Source of the DNA: Azolla caroliniana
Lineage: Eukaryota > Plantae > Polypodiophyta
NCBI GenBank assembly: GCA_043228905.1
Contig: JBHGNT010000006.1
Location: 4,836,001 to 4,900,000, forward strand
DNA length: 64,000 nucleotides
Direction of reading: 5' to 3'
Part shown: positions 14,882-33,858 of the stretch, one piece after another
Numbering within the stretch: position 1 is the stretch's first letter
Layout: each line of letters starts with the position of its first letter
The notes under the pieces: model-generated
The model's database searches: none
Told to the model about the DNA's origin: nothing
What the model saw: only the letters and a program-made list of their open reading frames with translations
Position numbers and translations under genes: made by a program

Positions 14882-16855
14882 TCAAAATTGGTTTCCTACT
14901 TTACAATCACTCTCAAGACCCCACTCAACAAAGCGTTCTGTAAATGACATATCACCAACCATGCAATCATAGTAGCATCGATCATAATTAGCTGTCTTCC
15001 CTGGAATGCCATTACAATCTTCAATCCCAACTGAAAGCCTATGTGGAACAATATTATTCTTTTTCTGCCTTGTCAAACCTACTGCCTCTGCATCTACATC
15101 GGCATTTATCGACTCCAGAAATCTCTCGAACGAAGAGGAGGAGTCATGGAAGTAATCCAGCATAGACAAACTTCCATTACCATTGCCAATTGAAAGAAGC
15201 CTTAAGAATTCTCCAGATCCCATTACGTCTCTTTCCATAATTAGTTTAACTGCTGCAGCAACATCAGAACTAGTGAGTTTTGACTGCGTCATAATGTCAT
15301 CAGGCGTTGATTTGATCTGAGAAAAAGCCCAATTCATGAAGTATGTAATAAGGGTTGAATTGAAATCTGGCACTCTTTCTAGGAGAGGGCCCCAATCATT
15401 GAGCACTTGCTTGAGTCCACAATATTCAACATCAGCTATGTTTGAAGTATCCACACGATGCAACCGAATGCCACTATGCTTCAAGTACGACGCTAAGTGA
15501 GACGCGCTCTTGCAAGATAGATTGAAACATACTTTACACTCCTTGAGCTTTTCTACAAACTTGCCGAGCTTATCACGAAGATGGAAAAAAAGGGATCCAA
15601 ACATCATATTTTGGGACTCGATATACTGAACCAGTTGATATAACATTCATCATATTCCAACCACTGAGAGGGTTTGCATCAGGACCTATTATCTACCCCT
15701 CTGATGGATGGACGATGAACTTATTAAGAGTCCATTCGCCTGTGTGGTAATAAGAGCCAAAAGGAAGAATCATACCAGATCGACGGAATTCCTCCCACAC
15801 AACTTGATGTGATGGGAGAAGACGGGCCAATTTAGCATAAAATTTGGGACCTTTCCGAATAGTCTCCATCCTTGAACTCAAAATGGATTGCAAAGAGCAT
15901 TTATTCTCACACATGCATACCAAAAACGGCCATATCTCGCCTCCATCTTCAACACTTAAAACAGAACCAGTACTAAAAGACCCAAAATTTAATTGGAATC
16001 TCTCTTCTTTGTTACTATATTTATAAGCCCTGTTCAGAGTAGCTATGGCTAACACATCAACTAAAACACTTTGACAATATGTCATCAATGTTGAATACCA
16101 CAATGCAATGACAACGTCAATGGCATCATAACCACATGTCCGAAGAAGGTTCAATATCAAGAAATTTCGAGCAACAATCATCGGGTTATGGTCATTTATG
16201 TACATAGTGATATCCCCGGAAAATCCTCGAGGTATCTGACAAATTGTCTCTATAACATTCCGGAGATCGCCAGATGCAGCAAAGCATAAATTAAGATTCT
16301 TGGGAATTGTGGCTAGAGTCTCCATGTGAGCATGTCTTCCCATAATTCCATAGGAAGGTATATTCCCCCATACTGAAGTTGATCTCACAAGAGCTTTCCG
16401 GAATCTCTCTGATCCTCTTAAATCCTTGCTTCTGGGACTTGACTCCTATTTACAATCATATCACAACATTTCTTATGCATATTCAAGTGTTCCTTCTTGC
16501 AATCTGAACTACAATAGCTTACTAAACCACACGAAGGGCATGGAATCGAGCCTTCATTCACACAAGCAAATCCTGTTGTTGGGTCCCAATTAGCACAAGG
16601 ATTAGTGGTTAGGTTGGATCCATTGATACCAAACCCTAGTTTTCCTTCAGTTCCTTTCACGACTTGTTCCAGGACACGCTGCACAACCTCGGGACTATCC
16701 ATGTTGAGATGGTTGGGCATGTCATCAATGCTCGTTTTATCGTGACGATAGTTTTTTCTCCAGGAGGAATGCCATGAGCATGACACAGGGGATGGGCCTC
16801 TGAGAAAAGATCGAGCAACATTGCCTCGAGTGATGAAGGCGGGCCAAGGAGACAT
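14882..16855 (-). pseudogene. Intronless MYND zinc finger plus DUF4470-like protein, disrupted by two frameshifts and one in-frame stop
   Basis: MYND motif CPSCGLVSYCSSDCKKEHLNMHKKCC; VWGNIP, LCFAASGDLRNVIETI and IVARNFLIL (DUF4470-like); later DANPLSGW, RVDTSNIAD, STLITYFMN and ERFVEW. Frameshift near 16430, TAG at 15695-15693 and frameshift near 15600; the gaps are too short to be introns. Confidence 0.72.
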
Positions 16856-18289
16856 GCTTAGAACCTGTCACCTCGAGGAAGGGCGATAGAAGGAACAGAG
16901 GGAGTTCCTTTTTTGAAGTGACCTCAAGTCTTGTTTGTTCTCTGTGTTTTTATTTCTCTACATGTTTTTAAACATCTATATTGTTAATTTTGTCCATAAG
17001 TTCTAACTTATAACCACATTACACTTTCATAAATCTACATGCTATTTTACAAAAACAAATGTCATGCAATCTTTCATAAGTAAGATAAAGGTGATCTTTG
17101 TAAGAATCTTTGGAGAAGGATAGAAGAACTCGCGATACTAACTAAGCCAATATATGCTTGTAATATCTCGAACATATGTGAAGGTGATATGCCATGTGTG
17201 TGTATGGTAGCACGAATTTCAAATTTCTCTCTGTTGCACTTTGCACCAATGGGTGTTATATAGGCGTTGATGAATTGGAACAATCCATCGATGAGTTTGT
17301 AAAGCAAGAAGGCCTTGACAAAGTTATCATTGGGAGTTTTTCATTTGATAGTGGTTTTGTTCTAAAAACACTTTCACAATTTGAGTGTGTACACTAGTGA
17401 TTTGACCTAAAAAAATGGCATTGGCTAGCAAAATGTCTTATTCACTAGTATACATCATGGGCTAATAACCATTAATCTACCAAAAACTCATATGCTCTAA
17501 TTGAAAACAAACAAGGGGGTTGAAGGTTATATGAGAGATAAATATTATTATTGTTGTGCATTGTCGCATTCTACACTTCTTTCTTCTACACTTTGGTTGA
17601 TGTACACATGACCATCATTTTTTAATTGGTAGTCTTAAGACTCGGAGCATTCGTATAACCAAACCCAAAGTAACAAGCAAGAGTTAACACCTTGAGGTCG
17701 AAAGCTTCATCTCATGCAAGTTAACCATTACAAAAAATTACCAAAAGGCCACTCTAATGCCACACAAGTTTAGGAAAGCAATCAATCTCATGCATTTTAA
17801 TTAATCGACTACTGTCGAGCTAATTAGGGCTGACCCTACTATTTATTACGCAAATGAGCTAGTTTGCAACCTTAGTTACCTCCTAACAATGCACTATATC
17901 TATTTACAAGCTCACTAGTATATGCTCAAACAACGCATAGACAAAGTGAGTTGACCATTGTCCACGGGTGTGCCAACACGATGACAAGTGGCTCGACGAA
18001 TCTGAGACATGTATCAGTGAATCATCGGACGGGTATAGGTTTCCTTGCGGGCGGACAAAGACAATAGAGTCTGCGTGTTTCTCTGTTTGCCCCTGGGGGG
18101 ACACACAACACACACACTTGGAAACTTAAAACTTTAAAGTCGGTGACTACTAACTAGGTTTTCTTTTAAAACTAAATTCTTGATGCAGTGAAGAAGAATT
18201 ATGTAAATTTCTTAGGACCATCCATATCTCTTCTCTTCCTCTGTTTCCTTCCATCTTTTCTCCCTTCGGAAGTTTCTCTGTCACCAGCG

Positions 18290-20260
18290 ATGGCTATGGC
18301 GATGACACCATTGCCCACTCTTCCAATCCACAGCTCCACCTCCAGATCTGCATTTCAGTCCTCCCATCTTCAATTGGGCGCCTCTGTTTCTCTCCGCAGA
18401 CACCCCAACCCTCCTCTGCGCCAGAGACAGAGACATGGAAGGATCTCCATGGAAACAAATGTGGCTACTACCCAACCAAAACTCGAGCTTTCGTTGTCTC
18501 CGCCGACTTTCTTGGCTTCCAGGTATGCCGATTCCGAGCCCCGTAAAGGTAGTGATATATTGGTAGAAGCTCTGGAGAGAGAAGGTGTGGTAGATGTGTT
18601 TGCGTACCCCGGTGGAGCATCAATGGAGATACACCAAGCTCTCACAAGGTCGGAAATCATCCGAAATGTGCTTTGTCGGCATGAGCAAGGAGAGATTTTT
18701 GCTGCCGAAGGTTATGCCCGAGCATCAGGAAAAGTAGGAGTTTGTATTGCCACATCGGGACCTGGAGCCACAAACCTCGTCACTGGATTGGCGGATGCTA
18801 TGCTCGATAGCACCCCATTGGTCGCCATCACGGGTCAAGTACCCCGACGCATGATAGGCACTGATGCCTTCCAAGAAACCCCTATTGTTGAAGTCACACG
18901 ATCCATCACTAAGCATAACTATCTCATCATGAATGTAGAAGATATCCCTAGGATCATCAAAGAGGCTTTCTTTCTCGCGTCATCGGGTCGCCCGGGTCCT
19001 GTACTCGTCGACATTCCAAAAGATATCCAACAACAGATGGCAATACCAGATTGGTCCCAACCCATGAAGCTTCAAGGTTATCTTGATCGCCTTCCAAAAC
19101 AACCCCAAGATAACCAACTTGAACAAATTTTGAGGTTGATTTCAAGGTCCCGGAAACCAGTGATATACTGTGGAGGAGGATGTATTAATTCGAGTGAAGA
19201 ACTTAGAGAATTTGTGGATCTCACTGGTATCCCGGTCACAACTACTCTGATGGGTCTCGGCGTATTTCCGTCATCGGATGATCGATGCCTCCACATGTTA
19301 GGCATGCATGGAACGGTATATGCCAACTATGCAGTGGATAAAGCTGACCTCCTCCTTGCTTTTGGGGTAAGATTTGATGATAGAGTTACTGGAAAACTTG
19401 AGAAGTTTGCAAGTCGTGCTAGCATTGTTCATATTGATGTGGATTCCGCTGAGATTGGGAAGAATAAGCAAGCCCATATCTCCCTTTGTGCCGATGTCCG
19501 CCCTGCATTGCAGGGTATTACCCGCCTCATTAAAGCACAAAAGCTCACGTTTGATTTCTCACCATGGAACAATGAGCTCGCTGACCAGAAGAACAAATGG
19601 CCTTTGAATTACCCCGACTTTGAGGACCTTATCTGCCCACAACATGCAATCCAGATGATTCATGATGTTACAAAAGGGGAGGCTATCATTTCTACTGGTG
19701 TTGGTCAACACCAGATGTGGGCAGCCCAATGGTTCAAGTATGATAGGCCAAGGCAATGGATCTCATCAGGTGGACTTGGTTCTATGGGCTTTGGATTGCC
19801 ATCTGCTCTGGGAGCTGCAGTGACCCGATCTGACATGCCAGTAATTGATATTGATGGAGACGGTAGTTTTTTAATGAACATCCAAGAGCTTGCCACCATA
19901 AGTGTGGAGCAATTGCCAGTGAAAATCGTGGTCCTGAACAATCAACACCTTGGTATGGTCGTGCAATGGGAAGATAGGTTTTACAAGGGAAATAGAGCAC
20001 ATACTTACCTCGGTGATCCGAGGGATGAGAGTGCGATTTTCCCCGACTTTTGCAAGATTGCAGAGGGATGTAAGGTACCATCCGCTCGCGTCACAAAAAA
20101 GTCTGATCTTAGAGCAGCCATTGAGAAGATGTTGGAGACTCCAGGACCTTATTTGCTTGATGTTATTGTGCCTCATCAAGAACATGTGCTTCCTATGATA
20201 CCTAGTGGAGGATCGTTTGGTGACATCATCACAGAAGGAGATGGTAGGACAAGCTATTGA
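18290..20260 (+). CDS. ALS: Acetolactate synthase (AHAS) catalytic subunit, plastid-targeted, intronless
   Basis: [51 protein letters not shown], the ThDP motif DGDGSFLMN...[16 protein letters not shown] and PMIPSGG; N-terminal transit peptide. Confidence 0.97.
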   Translation: MAMAMTPLPTLPIHSSTSRSAFQSSHLQLGASVSLRRHPNPPLRQRQRHGRISMETNVATTQPKLELSLSPPTFLASRYADSEPRKGSDILVEALEREGVVDVFAYPGGASMEIHQALTRSEIIRNVLCRHEQGEIFAAEGYARASGKVGVCIATSGPGATNLVTGLADAMLDSTPLVAITGQVPRRMIGTDAFQETPIVEVTRSITKHNYLIMNVEDIPRIIKEAFFLASSGRPGPVLVDIPKDIQQQMAIPDWSQPMKLQGYLDRLPKQPQDNQLEQILRLISRSRKPVIYCGGGCINSSEELREFVDLTGIPVTTTLMGLGVFPSSDDRCLHMLGMHGTVYANYAVDKADLLLAFGVRFDDRVTGKLEKFASRASIVHIDVDSAEIGKNKQAHISLCADVRPALQGITRLIKAQKLTFDFSPWNNELADQKNKWPLNYPDFEDLICPQHAIQMIHDVTKGEAIISTGVGQHQMWAAQWFKYDRPRQWISSGGLGSMGFGLPSALGAAVTRSDMPVIDIDGDGSFLMNIQELATISVEQLPVKIVVLNNQHLGMVVQWEDRFYKGNRAHTYLGDPRDESAIFPDFCKIAEGCKVPSARVTKKSDLRAAIEKMLETPGPYLLDVIVPHQEHVLPMIPSGGSFGDIITEGDGRTSY

Positions 20261-20932
20261 GCTTCTGGTTGGGGTTGGTTGATAGGAATCGGATGTTGAT
20301 AACATCGTAGATTTGTATCTGGTTTGTGTTTCACTTATTAGGCTTTCCTTGAGATTGTTATGTTTTAATTAATGGTTTTTGGGGGATCTACTTCAAATAT
20401 TATCTTTAGACAAGTCATTATCAAGAGTAATGGTTTTAGCACTTTATTTTCTTTCTTTGATGTCATATGCACAATACCTAAACAATGTGAGTTCTTTAAC
20501 GCCAATCACATTTGCTATGGTGTTGCAGACATTGTGTAGTTGTAGTAATCCCAAGAGTGGTATTTTCAAAGAAAGTAGTTTTCAGCTATTTTAGCTTAGT
20601 GTGAACACAAACCTTTTGTCGAGCCCCTTTTTTAGATGAGAGTATAGTTGAAATCAGCAGAGCTGTTTCTATGTAAAATAAGTGAAGCCTTTGTTGTTTG
20701 TTACTATTTAATCTTCAATGTCTATCTGATATATAATTTCTCAGAATTCATCGATATGCTCACAAATAAGATGTATCGGATTGATTTGCTGTGCTTGCAC
20801 ATAGTGATTGCTCGTTTTGAAAGTATTATATTTTGTACAATGGATAAAAAGTAGGTGGTTTGTTCAGCTTGTTGCAATTTTACTAGTAATTTATTGAAGA
20901 TATTGACTATTTTGAACCTTTCATGCATCTTG

Positions 20933-21207
20933 TTTCTAATGCTTTGCTTCAGCATCTTTGTAAGGTGATGGTGCATATCAATCAGATATGGATTAAACTT
21001 GAGATATTTGTATGTCTCAACAAACATGGTTGAAATTTGGGAATGTCTTAATTAAGGAAGAAGGTTGCATGCTGATTGCAAAATAGGGTTTCTAATGCTT
21101 TGCTTTAGTCTCTTTATAAGGCAATGGTGCGTATCAATCAGATATGGATTCAACTTAAGATATTTGTATGTCTCAACAAACATGGTTGAAATTTGGGAAT
21201 GCCTTAA
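20933..21207. repeat. Tandem duplication of about 120 bp
   Basis: tttctaatgctttgctt...atcaatcagatatggatt...gtctcaacaaacatggttgaaatttgggaatg at about 20933 and about 21089. Confidence 0.85.
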
Positions 21208-22420
21208 CTCCACAGGGTACAATGTATATATAGATTAAACTAGAATATATTTGTATGTGTTAATAAACATCATTGAATTTTGGGAATATTTGACACAGCT
21301 TCTTATTAACATTAATTCAAGAATACTTCTTGCTTATATGAGCAACATATAACTCTAAACACACTTGAAAATTTTATTTAGGTTATAATATCTATAAACC
21401 ATTTCCATAACAGTAATAATGTTTATGTTTATAATTGTATTTTGTTAAAACTATGAATTTGCAATAAAAAATTTCATGTAGTTTTCATCGTTTTCTAATA
21501 ATCAACAATAATGACAATATAAATCAATTATTGATAACACATCCAATTCTATAAATGGCAAGGAAATCCATGATTGTATATTTTCCTTCTTTTGCTATGA
21601 AATATGTAGTCACAATTCCACCAAGGAAGAAGTGAGAAGTTACTAAAAGGATAAATTTAGAATATTACATTGCAAACATCAACGCTAATGTTGGATTCAA
21701 TGCAAGGCAAGAAGGCCTATCAACTATATTCAACCTTATCTCATTACTAACATGAGTATATTAACTCTCATAGAGCCCCGACACAGCATCGCACTCGATC
21801 ACACAAGCTAGGCATTTAAGTTGCATTTGACATCGAAATCCGTTAAATATGAAGGCATGCAAGGCATGCAAGGAACGATTGGTGGAGGATAAGTATCACT
21901 TGCTTTTTACATTCTCCACAAATGTGCAATTCATGAAAGCTAGGATGACATATAGGATGACATATTAAGTGGTAGTGATGACTCAGGTCTCAAACTAAAC
22001 AGAACACCTAGAAAGTGGAGCTCATGTGTGTGCATTATTCACATCAAGGCTTTGTGCTTTAAAGTATGAACTTCCCTATGGAGGAGACACATCAAGAAAA
22101 CCTATGTACTTCAGTCCCATGGATCAATATTGACATGTATAGACACTAAAAAATATCTAATCTAATCTATATACACACCTCACACCCATCAAGATTATGA
22201 CTCTGTGGACACTAAAAAATATCTAATCTAATCTATATACACACCTCACACCCATCGAGATTATGACCATATACATACTGTCTCTTTGTGTACAAAGGAT
22301 GCATGGATACGAGTATATACAACTCATGTACGCAATAATACATGGCAAAAGGAATTTTTGGCAATGCCTTACTCCAGTTGGAGGAAAGTAAATAGCAGCT
22401 TCCATATCACCTTGTGAACT

Positions 22421-29270
<6,850 letters not shown>

Positions 29271-29542
29271 GATTGGTAGAGAAGCGGGTCGAAGCTAAAG
29301 AATCCTAGATGGAATAGAGAAACCCGGAGACAAAACGGAAGGTAGCAGGAACTGAAGAAGTGTGAAGAAACCATGGGTGAGCCGGTGTCTTTCATACTAT
29401 TGAGTTGGGGGGGGGGGAGCTACCAAACAGCACCAACAGAGGTGAGAGGTGAGAGATGGTAGCGAAGGAAGAAAAGAAAAGAAAAGATCGGGAAGGTCGC
29501 GATTCTTCTGCCTAACATCATGTGTCTCATTCCTCTTCCTCT

Positions 29543-29574
<32 letters not shown>

Positions 29575-29743
29575 TTCTGTTTTCTGCTTTCTGCTGTTTG
29601 TTGATCGACGACAAATCTCTGCAGAAAATGCTGTTTGTTGATCGACGAAAAATCTCTGCAGAAAATTCAAAAGCTGACATAAATAAAATTTCTGTTTTTA
29701 GTATTTACATTTTTTAACATCTTCTTTGCATTTTTACCATCCA

Positions 29744-29817
29744 GGTTTCGTGGTGTAGTTGGTTATCACATCAGTCTAACACACTGAAGGTCTCCGGTTC
29801 GAACCCGGGCGAAGCCA
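29744..29817 (+). tRNA. tRNA-Val (anticodon AAC)
   Basis: GGTTTCG...CGAAGCCA cloverleaf with A box TGGTGTAGTTGG, anticodon loop CTAACAC and B box GGTTCGAACCC. T-runs follow downstream. Confidence 0.95.
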
Positions 29818-32800
29818 TACTTTCCCTTCCGTTTGCCATTTTTCATCCTTGCATAATTTTCTTGGCATTGGAAAATTAGAAATTTAGACCTACCCACATA
29901 AGCAAACATGAAATATTTCAATCGACCCCAATCATACACGTGATCGTGTCATTACATTTGTCTCAACTCAACTCAAATATCTTCATGCATTTCATCGATA
30001 GTTAGTAGTTGATATTCATTTCCAATTACTTACTTTGCACACACGGAGTATTGATCACCTACTCAAGATTATTAGCAATAGAGATATTGTTGATATCTGG
30101 GTTGGTAATAGGTATAATATAAAGTAGGAACATTGGACATATGAATCTTTATCTTGGTCACTATTAATCATATTTCTATCCACTAGAAATTCTTTTGACT
30201 TTTCAATAGGTAGGCTTCAAAGTCCAAAAGGGGTCGATTTTGAGGAGAAAAAAACACAAGTTTCTACTGGTGGTAAGTGCAATAGATACAAGAGTTGCCA
30301 ACATCCAAATTAGCAATCTAACTTATGGAAGCCTCAAAACTCAACATACCATCTAGAACTACATCCCAATGATTATTCATCCAAATAAGGTTTATATGTT
30401 GTCAAAATTATGGATGTTTGGAGATTGAGGGGACAATAATAAAAGTAAGTCCATAAATGTTGTCGTTGTAATAGCACACGTTACTACATAAGTGTTCTCT
30501 TTATACTAAGAAGGAATAAAATTATGAATATGTATCTCAAAAAAGTGTGTACGCCCTAAATTAATTTCTCGCGTAACGATTATTTATATATCTTTGAAAC
30601 ATTAAAACAAGAAGCGTTGAACCGAGCAGCCTGATGTTGTGATCGTGTGCTTGATGTTGTCACTTTTTTGGATGCATTACATTTTGCTTTGACAACATGG
30701 TTAGATTATTATCATCGTTATTATTTATTAGTGTATATCAGTTATCAAAGCTCAATAAGTGTATTTATCGCTATTAGGTCAACTATAAACTATCAATTTT
30801 TCTTGAAATCAAGATCTACCCGGATGTTTGACACCAAGAACTCATGAATTGAGAGTTGCAATACCTATTTAGTATATTAAGAGTTGTAAAGTCCACATTT
30901 AGTGAGGGTTGTGAGAGATACAACAAACATGTTTGTCTTCTCGCATAAAAAGATATTTGAAGTTCCAATGTCGACAATCAATTGACTTGACAAGGATAGA
31001 AGCAAATCACAATCATCGTCTTGTCACTGTACTCCACACATCCAATGTGGATACGATAACTACATGCTTATCCCCTATAATTGCATTGCAGTTTTATGAC
31101 GTGCCATTGGCAATTCCTTAACTTGCCCAACAGACTATTCATAAAGTCAAATTGTGTGAATGTTGAGTTCACTACAATCATTTTGTAGTGAAGTTGACAT
31201 CAAGTGGAATGTGTTTTTGCTAGATGCTCTTGCATGTACCTCTCTGTAGGACCAAAAATATAATAAGCTTGAGATCAATTGGGCATTGTATTTTTCATAA
31301 AGGATTCCCATATGTATCTTTCATTAAATGAACGCCGATGTTTTATGCTAATATTTAAAAAGTAATTATCAACCATTAACCTTAGGAGAAAACACCTAAT
31401 TACCCTTGATGTTGTAATATTAATGTTTTATGCTAATACTTAACGAGCACTATCAAGTAAGAAGCTAGGCAAGTTGGTTTGGTTTCCTTTTATGTGCATT
31501 TCACAATATAATCCCGAAGAATTATTTATATATGTCAAAAGTCACTCTTTTATTTGAAATTGCAATTATAAGCTTGAACAACTCATTGGACATACATTCA
31601 ACTTTGTAGTGTATTGTTTCGGTAATATCCCATGCCTAAAGCGGGCATATCCTCTATGCCGTCTATCTCACATACATGAACTTGAAGGTACAAATGACAT
31701 GTTGCAATTGATGTCAACCATGTAGTGTTACCAATTAGCAAATTTTTGTTGGGGTGACCTTATTAAGTTATGTCATTGCTTACGTTGTATCTTTCCGTAA
31801 GCATGCTGAGAACATAGCACATAGAGAATATATATCCCAATCTATATGACCAAATTATATGTTGAGAAAATCATGGCTCTCGAAAGAGTCACTGCACTTG
31901 TACTAACTTCTTGAAGCTATACTCTTTGCAACTTAGAGGTTCTTGTCGTTTCCTACTTTGGGTTGCAAATGTTTTGTGAAGATTGAAACCATTTGTTTGG
32001 CATGTTTATTACAAGGCCAACACAACAAACAAACAAAAATTGTGTTGACTTCAATCAACTTCCCCTTTGCATGGTGATTACTTTCTAGCAACAAGGCAAA
32101 CATAAAAAAATCCTCCGTATGGTTAACCTAAAATTAAGGACATATGATTGGGTTATGCCACTGCACATGTCATAGCTTCCCTATGTGGTAAGCAATATTG
32201 TTATAAATGTATACATTATGCTGAAAAGTCTAGTCGGCGAGCATGTTTCAGCACAGAAGGACGTGGTTGATTTGCGTCATTTCACATCTTATGTTATGCA
32301 AGTACTAAGGAATATCATTGCAACTACATAAGCACATTGATTATTTGGTTATTAATTGTTATTGCTTTAGTTTGAGCTTCAACATTGTGATATTGCTTAC
32401 TAGAGCATATTGATAAGTTAGTATGATTAGAAAGTCGGTATGCCAAATACGAAAGGAACCGATCCAATCAATGATCGTTCGATTTCAAGCTCATAAAGAA
32501 GACATAAACTAAACAATAAACAAATCTAATCTAACCGATGACGGTTCGAAGTTCAAGCTCCTCGGGAAATGCATGAGCCCAAAACATCTCTCTCGAGGAG
32601 AGCACAAGAAATCCAAAAGGCATCTACGGACGCGAATTTAATGACCATGTATTGACTTTGAGCCCCCAAGAAATAATAAGGGAGAGGATTGTGCCACCAC
32701 GGAGAGGCAACAAGTAATGAAAAGAAGGGGAGAAAACCACTAGCAATGGAGTCGAATGAGAATGGTGTTTTGATTAGAGGGGGCGCTCCTTGGAAGTAGG

Positions 32801-33214
32801 TAACAATCAACAACGGTTCGGTTCGAGAGGGCCAAAACCGAACCATTCACAATTTCTGAAACTTGAACCGAACCTAACCACAAAACCATTAAACCAAACC
32901 ATAATTTTTTTTCATACCGTTAAGCCATTAAACCGGTAAAACCGCGGTTTCGTTTTTCAGCTTAGGTCAAAATTTAAATTTTTTTGAGAATTTTCCGAAA
33001 TGTGAGAACAAGGTAGGAAAATGAAAAGATTGTTTAAAAACAAAATTGTTTTAATTTTTTAAAAATAAAATAAAAAATACAAACTATTTAAACCGCGGTT
33101 TTTGGCTGTTGAAACCGAACCGAACCGTTAAAAAACCCGACCCGACCCGACCCGAACCGATTCAGCCGTTAAACCGCGGTTTCGCAGTTCAGTTCGGTTT
33201 ATTGCCGATTGTTA
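32801..33214. mobile_element. hAT-type MITE (414 bp)
   Basis: Terminal inverted repeats taacaatcaacaa / ttgccgattgtta; 8-bp flanking direct repeat gaagtagg / gaagcagg; many subterminal AACCGAACC/GGTTCGGTT motifs around an AT-rich core. Confidence 0.78.
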
Positions 33215-33858
33215 GAAGCAGGGTGGACCTGGCATCTGACGTGGCAAGGATCGGCTTGCGTGGCATCCCTACCCCGCCGGACCTGCTCAGTCAGTGCTCC
33301 TGCTCCTGCTCCTGCTCCTTCCTTTCGCCATAGCCACAATTTAGCAGATCCCGTTTTTCTGTATAGATCATTATTTATATTCTCCTTTTCGTTTTCTTCT
33401 TCTGCTAGCATAAGCTCGCTATTTCTTCTTCTTCTATCGTTCGGTATTCTTCTTCTTCGCCTGATCAAAAGGAAAGTACCTTCTGAGCTCTTTACTACAC
33501 ACACAGTCAGATCGAGATCGATCGATCGATCGAGAGAGATCTCGCCACATCCATAACCTTCTGGTGTCCTCTGTTTGAATCAAAACCAACAAGGAAGCAC
33601 ATTCTGACATCTCTGTGTTTTCTTCTTCTTCTTTCTATCGTAGTAGATTCAGAGAGTTCTATCACTTTCAAGATCGCCTCTATCATCTATCTGTTCGAAC
33701 GAGAAGCAAGAAGAAATCTCACGAGGAATTAATTTCTATAGAAAAACCTGCACATTTCTGCTCTTTATAACTATATTTTAAATTTATATTCATTCTTCCC
33801 TTCCCCCGTAGTTACTTGCAAATACCACATTCTGCATAACATCTGGTTTCTTTGAATG

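Noticed and set aside
15693-15695. Stop-codon readthrough or RNA editing to rescue the DUF4470 gene
   Set aside because: Two additional frameshifts make simple pseudogenisation or assembly error more parsimonious, and plant C/U editing is organellar.
29420-29717. Poly-Arg and poly-Leu ORFs
   Set aside because: Translation artefacts of a (CTT)n microsatellite.
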